13,776 nucleotides of DNA from assembly GCF_006345805.1 (NCBI RefSeq), contig NW_021826079.1, positions 1-13,776 of the forward strand, read 5' to 3'. Below the pieces are notes generated by a model. It ran no database searches. It was not told where the DNA came from and was given only the letters and a program-made list of their open reading frames with translations. Positions 1 through 10,003 of the stretch are shown piece by piece. How positions within the stretch are numbered: position 1 is the stretch's first letter; the number at the start of each line of letters is the position of its first letter. The DNA comes from Octopus sinensis (Eukaryota). The position numbers and the translations under genes were made by a program.

Positions 1-113
1 ACTGGAGCAACGTGAAATAAACTGTCATGCTCAAGGACACAACGCGTTACCGGGAATTGAACTCACAACCTTGCGATCGTGAGCCGAATGCCCTAACCAC
101 TAAGCCACGCGCC

Positions 114-118
<5 letters not shown>
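1..118 (-). mobile_element. tRNA-derived SINE 5' region with CORE-like segment (continues past the window edge)
   Basis: The minus strand reads gtgaaggcgcgTGGCTTAGTGGttagggcattcggctcacgatcgcaaggttgtGAGTTCAATTCCCggtaacgcgttGTGTCCTTGAGCAtgacag. It has a Pol III A box (97-107), a B box (52-64) and then a motif like the CORE-SINE GTGTCCTTGRGCAAG. There is no complete tRNA acceptor stem. Confidence 0.85.

Positions 119-149
<31 letters not shown>
116..149. repeat. (CA)n microsatellite
   Basis: Perfect CA run directly abutting the SINE head. Confidence 0.97.
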
Positions 150-150
<1 letters not shown>

Positions 151-368
151 CACTTATAAACTTCGAGAAAAGGCTAAATAATACGATTTTGGAACAGTGG
201 ACCTCGAGGAGCACAAAGCTACAAATAATAGGGTGTAAATATTGGGTTAAAACTGATCCAATATTAAAAAAAACGAATATATATATAATATATAATGTGA
301 GTATGTATATCTTCATAGTTTCTTCTGATTTTCGCTGAGCTGTGCATAAGCAGACAATGTTTAATTAA

Positions 369-369
<1 letters not shown>

Positions 370-401
<32 letters not shown>
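370..401. repeat. (CA)n microsatellite
   Basis: Perfect CA run. Confidence 0.97.
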
Positions 402-404
<3 letters not shown>

Positions 405-465
405 GCATGTATACACGTATACATATAAAATGTATGAATACGTACATATATACATACAAATATAA

Positions 466-838
466 GGGGAGAGAGAGAGGGGAGGGTGATCGAGGAAGAA
501 AGAAGAGGGTGAATTGAAAAGTTTTCAAGGCTGAAGTTCGTGAAAGAGCAAATACCAGAACAGACAGACATACTTAAAGAGAGACATTTGTATTGAGAGA
601 GAGAGGAGGGGAGAGAGAGGGGATAGAAAGAGGGAGAAAGATAGGATGGATGGATATGTAAATATAGTGAGAGGGAGAGAGAGAAAGAAAGAGACAATGA
701 GATAGAGACGTAGGGACGGAGAGACACAGAGTGAATGAGTGAGTGAGAAAGACAGGCATATATTTACAGAGAGAAAGGGCCAAAGAAAGACATAAGTGTG
801 CAAACCTAGAGAAAGAAAGACAAAGACACAGTGTGGGT

Positions 839-884
<46 letters not shown>

Positions 885-1010
885 GATGATGTAAGTATAT
901 AAGTATAGAGAGAAAAGGAGGCAAGTGGAATGAGAGATGATAGAAAAAAGCGTCGACAAAGGAAGACGGAAGTGGAATCTACAGACGAGGAAATGGAGAG
1001 AAATGAGTAA
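466..1010 (+). repeat. Purine-rich (GA) low-complexity tract including (GA)n at ~841-880
   Basis: Degenerate GA/GGA/AAAG repeats with one perfect GA run. Confidence 0.85.
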
Positions 1011-1119
1011 ACAAAACCGAGGATGATTTCAGCTCGTTTATTAATCTCTTCAGCATCCGTTGAGTAACTTTTATAAACAGCTTTAAGGTATGGTTATCAC
1101 CTACTCCTTACCTCACAAA

Positions 1120-1132
1120 CACCACCACCACC

Positions 1133-1180
<48 letters not shown>

Positions 1181-1343
1181 CGTATAATACACGCACAAAC
1201 CTGAATGTATGGTATATTGGTATATGTATGTATGTATGTATACACACACACACACGCACATATATAAATATATAGATATAGATAGATATAGAGATACATG
1301 TATGTATATATATATATTATATATATATATACATGCATACATG

Positions 1344-1375
<32 letters not shown>

Positions 1376-1410
1376 TATACACACGCACTCACACACTCAT
1401 ACATACACGC
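1120..1410. repeat. Compound microsatellite (CAC)n-(CT)n and (TATG)n/(TA)n/(CA)n
   Basis: Directly visible tandem runs. Confidence 0.9.
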
Positions 1411-1692
1411 GTGGAAAACGATTAACGGTAATGGACAGTTGGGCAATGAAAGCTTCTCATCTGCTTCAGGATCCAGAACCATGGTTGTTTCGAGGGCATA
1501 GTAGCTAAATTGGGCTCCACCTGCAAGGTCATGCGCTGTTTATCTTGATATGCGATCACTATGTCTCGCACATATGGTTGTGATACATGTGCCTGGAGTA
1601 CCCTTATCAGACGGGTAGTCATGAGGGGTATACTGGGATTCGTATATTTGTACCCTAGGGTCACTTTGATGGCATGCACTGTTCTCTCGCTC
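1411..1692 (+). mobile_element. Probable non-LTR retroposon 3' terminal fragment ending in the AAT array
   Basis: A complex-sequence block ends ...ggcatgcactgttctctcgctc and runs straight into aacaacaataat. It resembles an octopus interspersed repeat I recall ending in (AAT)n. Family, strand and left boundary are uncertain. Confidence 0.55.
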
Positions 1693-1717
1693 AACAACAA
1701 TAATATAATAATAATAA

Positions 1718-1748
<31 letters not shown>

Positions 1749-2544
1749 TAATAATAAAAAAAAAATAATAATAATAATAATAATAATAAAAATCATAACA
1801 ATAACAATAACATAATAATATAATATAAAATAACATAATAATAATAATAATAATAACAATAACATATAATAATAATAAAAATAAATAATAATAATAATAA
1901 TAACAATACATAATAATAATAATAAGAATAATAATGATAATAATAATAAGAAGAAGAAGAAGAAGAATAACAATAACAATAACAATAATAATAATAATAA
2001 TAATAACAATAACAATAACAATAACAACAACAACAATAACAACAATAATAATAATAATAACAACAACAACAACAACAATAATAATAAGAAGAAGAAGAAG
2101 AAGAAGAATAACAATAACAATAACAATAATAATAATAATAATAACAATAACAATAACAATAACAACAACAACAATAACAACAATAATAATTATAAAAACA
2201 ACAACAACAATAAGAAGAAGAAGAAGAAGAAGAAGAATAACAATAACTATAACAATAACAATAACAACAACAACAATAACAATAATAATAATAATAACAA
2301 CAACAACAATAAGAAGAAGAAGAACAACAAGAAGAACAAGAAGAATAACAATAACAATAACATAACAACAACAACAATAACAATAAGAAAGAAGGAAGAA
2401 GAAGAAGAAAAACAAAAACAATAATAATAATAATAATAATATAATAATAATAATACAATAACAATAACAGTAACAGTAACAATAACAATAATAATAACAA
2501 TAACAATAATATAATAATAATAAAAGAAGAAGAAGAAAGAAGAA

Positions 2545-2577
<33 letters not shown>

Positions 2578-2641
2578 CAACAACAACAACAATGACAATA
2601 ACAATAACAATAATAATAATAATAAGAAGAAGAAGAATAAC

Positions 2642-2732
2642 AATAACAATAACAATAATAATAATCATCATCATCATCATCATTTAACGTCCGCTTAAAT
2701 GATATTGATGATGATGATTATTATTATTGTTA

Positions 2733-2740
<8 letters not shown>
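2642..2740. repeat. Quasi-palindrome 1: 46-bp arms (2642-2687 / 2695-2740), 2 mismatches, 7-nt loop
   Basis: aat aac aat aac (aat)4 (cat)6 ttaa - cgtccgc - ttaa atg ata ttg (atg)3 (att)4 gtt att gtt att, paired by hand. Confidence 0.92.
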
Positions 2741-2775
<35 letters not shown>

Positions 2776-2947
2776 CACTGGTATTGTTATTGTTATTGTT
2801 ATTATTATTATTGTTATTGTTATTCTTCTTCTTCTTATTATTATTATCATTATTATTGTTATCATTATTATTATTATTGTTTTGTTATTGTTATTGTTAC
2901 TGTTACTGTTATTGTTATTGTATTGTATAATGATATTTATTATTATT
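2695..2947 (-). repeat. Inverted island 1 of the array (ATT/GTT/CTT polarity)
   Basis: Triplet polarity flips at 2695 and flips back at ...tattatt-a-aataata (2948). Contains the unique tag atcactggtat at 2774. Confidence 0.95.
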
Positions 2948-3601
2948 AAATAATAATAATAATAAGAAGAAGAACAACAACAACAACAATCACAATAACA
3001 ATAACAATAACAACAACAATAACAATAATAATAATAATAAGAAGAAGAAGAAGAAGAAGAAGAATAACAATAACAATAACAATAATAATAAGAAGAAGAA
3101 GAGAAGAAGAAGAAGAATAACAATAACAATAACAATAATAATAATAATAAGAAGAAGAAGAATAAGAAGAAGAAGAAGAAGAATAACAATATCAATAACA
3201 ATAACAATATCAATAACAATAATAATAATAATATCAACAACAACAATAATAATAAGAAGAAGAAGAAGAAGAAGAAGAATAACAATAACAATAACAATAA
3301 TAATAATAATAATAATAATAATAATCATAATAATAATAAGAAGAAGAAGAATAACAATAACAATAACAATAACAGTAACAGTAACAATAACAATAACAAT
3401 AACAATAATAATAATAATAACAATAACAATAATAATAATAATAATAACAATAACAATAACAATAACAGTAACAATAACAATAACAATAATAATAATAATA
3501 ACAATAACAATAATAATAATAATAAGAAGAAGAAGAAGAAGAATAACAATAACAATGACAATAAGAAGAAGAAGAAGAAGAAGAAGAAGAATAACAATAA
3601 C

Positions 3602-3639
<38 letters not shown>

Positions 3640-4077
3640 TAACAATAATAATAACAATAACAATAACAGTAACAGTAACAGTAACAATAACAATACAACA
3701 ATAATAATAATAATAAACCAAACAATATAATAATAATAAGAAGAAGAAGAGAATAACAATAACAATATAATAATAATATAATAATAACAATAACAATATA
3801 ATAATAATAACAATAACAATAACAGTAACAGTAACAATAACATAACAATAACATAAATTTAATAATAACAATAACAATAATAAAATAATAATAACAATAA
3901 CAATAACAATAACAGTACAGTAACAATAACAATAACAATAATAATAATAATAACAATAACAATATAATAATAAGAAGAAGAAGAAGAAGAAGAAGAATAA
4001 CAATAACAATGACAATAATAATAATAATAACAATAACAATAATAATAATAAGAAAGAAGAAGAAGAATAACAATAAC

Positions 4078-4151
<74 letters not shown>

Positions 4152-4187
4152 TAATAATAATAATAATAACAATAACAATAATAATAA

Positions 4188-4218
<31 letters not shown>

Positions 4219-4404
4219 AATAACAATAACAATAACAATAATAATAACAACAATAACAATAATAATAATAATAATAACAACAACAATAAGAAGAAGAAGA
4301 ACCACAAGAAGAACAAGAAGAATAACAATAACAATAACAATAACAACAACAACAATAACAATAAGAAGAAGAAGAAGAAGAAGAAGAAGAACAATAACAA
4401 TATC

Positions 4405-4436
<32 letters not shown>

Positions 4437-4542
4437 TAACAATAACAATAACAGTAACAGTAACAATAACAATAATAATAATAACAATAACAATAACAAT
4501 AATAATAATAAGAAGAAAGAAGAAGAAGAAGAAGAAGAAGAA

Positions 4543-4587
<45 letters not shown>

Positions 4588-4654
4588 CAACAACAACAAC
4601 AACAATGACAATAACAATAACAATAATAATAAGAATAAGAAGAAGAAGAATAAC

Positions 4655-4745
4655 AATAACAATAACAATAATAATAATCATCATCATCATCATCATTTAA
4701 CGTCCGCTTAAATGATATTGATGATGATGATTATTATTATTGTTA

Positions 4746-4753
<8 letters not shown>
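4655..4753. repeat. Quasi-palindrome 2, identical to 2642-2740
   Basis: Same arms, same two mismatches and same loop, offset by 2013 bp. Confidence 0.92.
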
Positions 4754-4782
<29 letters not shown>

Positions 4783-4957
4783 CACTGGTATTGTTATTGT
4801 TATTGTTATTATTATTATTGTTATTGTTATTCTTCTTCTTATTATTATTATTATCATTATTATTGTTATCATTATTATTATTATTGTTATTGTTATTGTT
4901 ATTGTTACTGTTACTGTTATTGTTATTGTTATTGTTATTATGATTATTATTATTATT
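4708..4957 (-). repeat. Inverted island 2 of the array (copy of island 1)
   Basis: Same entry and exit junctions and the same atcactggtat tag (4781). Confidence 0.95.
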
Positions 4958-5305
4958 AAATAATAATAATAAGAAGAAGAAGAAGAACAACAACAACAAT
5001 AACAATAACAATAACAATAACAACAACAATAACAATAATAATAATAATATGAAGAAAAAGAAGAAGAAGAATAACAATAACAATAACAATAATAATAAGA
5101 AGAAGAAGAGAAGAAGAAGAAGAATAACAATAACAATAACAATAATAATAATAATAATAAGAAGAAGAAGAAGAAGAAGAAGAAGAATAACAATATCAAT
5201 AACAATAACAATATCATAACAATAATAATAATAATATCAACAACAACAATAATAATAATAATGAAGAAGAAGAAGAAGAATAACAATAACAATAACAATA
5301 ACAAT

Positions 5306-5338
<33 letters not shown>

Positions 5339-5626
5339 CGTAATAATAATAATAAGAAGAAGAAGAATAACAATAACAATAACAATAACAGTAACAGTAA
5401 CAATAACAATAACAATAACAATAATAATAATAATAACAATAACAATAATAATAATAATAATAATAACAATAACAATAACAATAACAATAACAGTAACAAT
5501 AACAATAACAATAATAATAATAATAACAATAACAATAATAATGAGAAGAAGAAGAAGAAGAAGAATAACAATAACAATGACAATAATAATAAGAATAAGA
5601 AGAAGAAGAAGAAGAAGAACAATAAC

Positions 5627-5661
<35 letters not shown>

Positions 5662-5845
5662 TAACAATAATAATAATAATAACAATAACAATAACAGTAA
5701 CAGTAACAGTAACAATAACAATAACAATAATAATAATAATAACAATAACAATAATAATAATAATAAGAAGAAGAAGAAGAAGAATAACAATAACAATGAC
5801 AATAATAATAATAATAAGAAGAAGAAGAAGAAGAATAACAATAAC

Positions 5846-5877
<32 letters not shown>

Positions 5878-7315
5878 TAACTATAATAATAATAATAACA
5901 ATAACAATAACAGTAACAGTAACAATAACAATAACAATAACAATAATAATAATAATAACAATAACAATAATAATAATAATAATAACAATAACAATAACAA
6001 TAACAGTAACAGTAACAATAACAATAACAATAATAATAATAATAACAATAACAATAATAATAATAATAAAAGAAGAAGAAGAAGAATAACAATAACAATG
6101 ACAATAATAATAATAATAACAATAACAATAATAATAATAATAAGAAGAAGAAGAAGAATAACAATAACAATAATATAATAATAATAATAATAATAACATA
6201 ATAATAATAATAATAATAATAATATAATAACAATAATAATAATAATAACATAATAATAATAACTCAATCAATAAATAATAAGAAGAAGAAGAAGAAGAAG
6301 AAGAAGAATAACAATAACAATAACAATAACAATAATAATAACAACAATAACAATAACAATAACAATAATAATAAGAAGAAGAAGAAGAATAACAATAACA
6401 ATAACAATAACCATAACAATAATAACAATAACAATAACAATAACAATAATAATAATAATAAGAATAAGAAGAAGAAGAATAACAATAACAATAACAATAA
6501 TAATAATAATAAGAAGAAGAAGAAGAAGAAGAAGAACAACAACAACAACAACAAAACAATAATAATATCAATAACAATAATAATAATAAGAAGAAGAAGA
6601 AGAATAACAATAACAATAATAATAATAATAATAATAAGAAGAAGAAGAACAATAACAATAACAATAATAAGAATAATAATAAGAAGAAGAATAACAATAA
6701 CAATAACAATAACAATAACCATAACAATAATAACAATAACAATAACAATAACAATAATAATAATAAGAAGAAGAAGAAGAAGAAGAATAACAATAACAAT
6801 AACAATAATAATAATAAGAAGAAGAAGAAGAAGAAGAAGAACAACAACAACAACAACAATAACAATATCAATAACAATAATAATTATAACAACAACAACA
6901 ACAATTACAACAACAACAACAACAACAATAATAATAATAAGAAGAAGAAGAAGAAGAAGAAGAAGAATAACAATAACAATAACAATAACAATAACAACAA
7001 CAATAACAATAATAATAATAATAATAATAAGAAGAAGAAGAAGAAGAAGAATAACAATAACAATAACAATAACAATAACAATAATAATAATAATAACAAT
7101 AACAATAACAATAACAATAACAATAATAATAACAATAAGAAGAAGAAGAAGAAGAAAAAGAAGAAGAAGAAGTATAAGAAGAAGAATAACAATAACAATA
7201 ACAATAACAATATCAATAACAATAATAATAATAATAACAACAACAACAACAATAAGAAGAAGAAGAAGAAAAGAAGAACAATGACAATAACAATAACAAT
7301 AACAACAACAATAAC

Positions 7316-7360
<45 letters not shown>

Positions 7361-7438
7361 AATAATAATAAGAAGAAGAAGAAGAAGAAGAAGAAGAATA
7401 ACAATAACAATAACAATAACAACAACAATAACAATAAC

Positions 7439-7490
<52 letters not shown>

Positions 7491-7550
7491 TAACAACAAC
7501 AACAACAACAACAATAATAACAACAATAATAATAAGAAGAAGAAGAATAA

Positions 7551-7787
7551 ATGACCTGATGCAGTACCTCGCAGTGGTCCTCATGGCTTCTGATCTTAAC
7601 TGATTGGAAGTGTTATTATGTATTGTTTTGTCTTGTTATAAAAGATGGGCTACAGCAAATATTCTGCTCAATACCACAGATTTGCTTGTCAGTTGTTTGA
7701 ACTTAACCAGTTGAGCATGTCCCTTAGTGGTTGACGATATGTGCATCTCTGATCAAGAGCAGAAGTAGTGGGGGAGCATCATAGCCA
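7551..7787. mobile_element. Probable interspersed repeat (retroposon-like terminal fragment) abutting the right end of the array
   Basis: A complex block atgacctgatgcagtacc...gggggagcatcatagcca starts immediately after the last AAG/AAT unit. It resembles a recalled high-copy octopus repeat usually adjacent to (AAT)n. Orientation and family are not determined. Confidence 0.55.
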
Positions 7788-7791
7788 TCAC

Positions 7792-7912
7792 GTTCGATTT
7801 AGAAAAAAAAACAACTTTTGTTGCTTTTTTTTAAGTATCATCATTTATCAGTATTTATACTCCGGCGAAATTAAGTCAACTCATATATAAACAAAACCCG
7901 CCAATCCATCAG

Positions 7913-7961
<49 letters not shown>

Positions 7962-8520
7962 GCGCGCGCGCACAGAGTTGTATATGCATGTATGTATGTA
8001 TTTATGTATGTATGTATGTGTGTATGTATGTATGTATGCATGCATGTATGTATGCATGCATGTATGTATGTGTGTGTGTGTGTTTTGTGCGTGTACGCAC
8101 ATGTGTCTACGCGCATAGGTACACCATGATCTATACACACGTAAACGAGGGTCGATTCATATGAAAAAGAAAGTGAACAAAATGAAATACTTATAGAAAA
8201 TATTGCATAAAATTTGAGAAGTGTTTTGAACGTCTTTCAGTAATGGCAGGTGAATCAAACGTTCTGTAGTTCGCTGCAGGATATAAATAATATAACCGCT
8301 TGCTTATCGGGAAAGTTGTAAGTTCGATTAAAATTTTTATTTATTTATTATCATTTAAAAAAATTTTTTTTTTTTTGTAAATATCACCATTATAGGTATT
8401 TATACTCCGGTGAAATTAAGAAACCAATTCGTAAATAAACGAACCCTTGAATCCATCACTACACACTCACACACGCGCGCACACACGGTCGCATATCTAT
8501 GTATGTATTTATGTATGTTT
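7792..8520 (+). repeat. Diverged direct duplication (~7792-8010 vs ~8322-8520)
   Basis: gtatttatactccggYgaaattaag occurs at 7851 and 8396. Both copies continue with aatccatca, cacacacgcgcgc and tatgtatgtatttatgtatgt. Confidence 0.8.
7915..8082. repeat. Compound microsatellite (CT)n(CA)n(CG)n...(TATG)n(TG)n
   Basis: Directly visible. Confidence 0.92.
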
Positions 8521-8660
8521 CGAGTCACTCGCCCAACGAGTATTTCTGCCAAATTTGGTGAAAATCCGTTCAGCCATTTCCCAGTAATTTTGCAAACACA
8601 GACAGACAACGACGAGTGATTACACTACCCTGCTTTCGCTTACGTGCGCAGGATAATAAT
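8520..8660 (-). mobile_element. Possible non-autonomous Helentron (HINE/DINE-1-like) 5' end
   Basis: On the minus strand a terminal inverted pair tatcctgc...gcagggta (8626-8655, 7/8 match) is followed by a short GTCT tract and gaacggattttcaccaaatttgg. This layout resembles DINE-1/HINE 5' ends. No 3' stem-loop was identified. Confidence 0.45.
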
Positions 8661-8931
8661 ATCTGTGAAACTTTGTTTGAATTGTTTTCAGTTAGATCTA
8701 ATGCATGTTTTTTCTCCATATATATCTTTGTAACTCTTCTCCTGTAATGAAACACGTGTAACATGGAATTAAAAAATACACCAAGTTTTCCAGTCTTTTG
8801 TTTCGATGGATAAAACAATTATATACTATTTATTCTCTGCGTGCGTTTCACCCTTGTGGTTGTTTGGAATTCTGCATCGGATGTTCCAAATGCAATTGGA
8901 TGTTGAACCACATCAGATCATTAGGGAACAC

Positions 8932-8968
8932 TGTGTGCGTGTATGTGTAAGTGCGTTTCTGTATGTGT

Positions 8969-9016
<48 letters not shown>

Positions 9017-9062
9017 GTGTGTACGTGTCTGTGTACGTGTGCGGTGTGTGTGTTTGTGTTGT
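8932..9062. repeat. (TG)n/(CG)n alternating purine-pyrimidine microsatellite
   Basis: Directly visible. Confidence 0.92.
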
Positions 9063-9199
9063 TTAATGTATAAAAACAACAGACATGGTATTAAATGGAC
9101 AAAGGACTAGATAAATATTTGTTTTAAAAAATGGTTGACCTTCGAATTTTATACTAGATCTTACACAATGAACGCTGATAAAACAGATCATATGGACAT

Positions 9200-9920
9200 G
9201 ACTTTACAGACGCCACCATCTTTACAGGCGCCATCTAACCTGAGGCGGATTCTGACAGCTGGGAGCAACGGTGGTGACCGAAATAAAGCAACACAGTCGA
9301 CCTGAAACTGTGTCTGTTTTACAAAATATTCCTCTTGTTGCTTGTTATTGCATGGTGTTGAAATCTGAGACGCAAATAAGAAGCAACTTGGTGATGGTGA
9401 TAAATTAGTTTGTTAACAGCTGCAGTAAACGTTGTCATAAACAAAAGGGTGGCCACCAGACAAAGTGTGCAGTACATCTGGTAGTATATCAACCGTGACC
9501 ACACGATCCGGTTAACAGGCAACAATTCTGGCGCTCACTGTGTCGCCAGAAACAATGCGACTACGATTCCACGACGCCATTATTTTGTACACATCACGTG
9601 ACAGGACTGTGTTTGTTGTGTCAAAATACGGCCATATTGCTTTTGTTACGTAAGGTACGAATTGATGATTTTACAGATGAATGATGGATCATCTGATGGG
9701 TGTATGCGTGCAGGGATGGTCAATGTAGTTGGTACTACTTTGAATAGGTCAGACTAAAGTAAACGGACCTCTGTCGCTCTCGGCGATCACGTGGTTACGT
9801 GATGTATACACTTACCTGCGCACCCACAAAACATGGACAAATACAGGTATATCAAACAGCATACTTGATGCATCAAAATAATCGCCGCCTCTCAAGTGTC
9901 GTAATTGCAAAATGGCAGTT
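9200..9920. promoter_or_regulatory. Candidate cis-regulatory region
   Basis: Unique, CpG-containing stretch with ATCACGTGAC (9593-9602), CACGTG (9788), TTACGTAA (9646), TTACGTGA (9795) and GCCATNTT-type motifs (9631; AAAATGGC ~9909). Motif matches only. Confidence 0.3.
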
Positions 9921-10003
9921 AAAACTAGCTCCACTTGAAGAATCAAGAATTTTATCCAGAGTTGACATGCCATCAAGGAAAAGGACGGGCTTATTGTATA
10001 GAG
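9816..10003 (-). other. Possible internal exon (188 nt)
   Basis: Consensus donor CAG|GTAAGT at 9816/9815, acceptor tgtcctctcag| at 10004/10003, and one frame open throughout (LYTISPSFSLMACQLWIKF...HVLWVR). No recognisable homology. Confidence 0.2.

Larger units (their letters stand above)
1693..7550. repeat. ~5.9 kb compound trinucleotide array of AAT/AAC/AAG with (AATAAC)n and (AACAGT)n hexamer tracts
   Basis: Almost entirely AAN triplets, cycling (AAG)n-(AATAAC)n-(AAT)n. Confidence 0.98.

Noticed and set aside
40-115. tRNA gene
   Set aside because: A and B boxes are present, but there is no matching acceptor stem and the sequence continues into a CORE-like SINE body.
2666-4730. CRISPR-like or TTAA (piggyBac) insertion interpretation of the repeated ttaacgtccgcttaa
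   Set aside because: Only two copies, 2 kb apart, within a larger duplication and with no spacers. Seven bp between TTAA sites with no TIRs is better explained by the palindrome.
1693-7550. Telomeric or centromeric satellite
   Set aside because: No TTAGGG-type units, no fixed-length monomer, and the array is embedded in ordinary interspersed sequence.
1422-7584. Long ORFs (up to 546 aa) of poly-L/I/Y/N/K/E, including + strand 4009-4608 and 5261-6178
   Set aside because: They arise automatically from AAN/NTT triplet repeats lacking stops in several frames. They overlap on both strands and have no domain content.
8143-8230. aacgagggtcgattcat resembling a Tc1/mariner TIR start
   Set aside because: Short, imperfect match with no partner inverted repeat or transposase remnant seen.
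9512-9580. Minus-strand aaaataATGGCG start giving MASWNRSRIVSGDT...
   Set aside because: It stops after 22 codons, the possible gtgagc donor is weak, and nothing else supports it.
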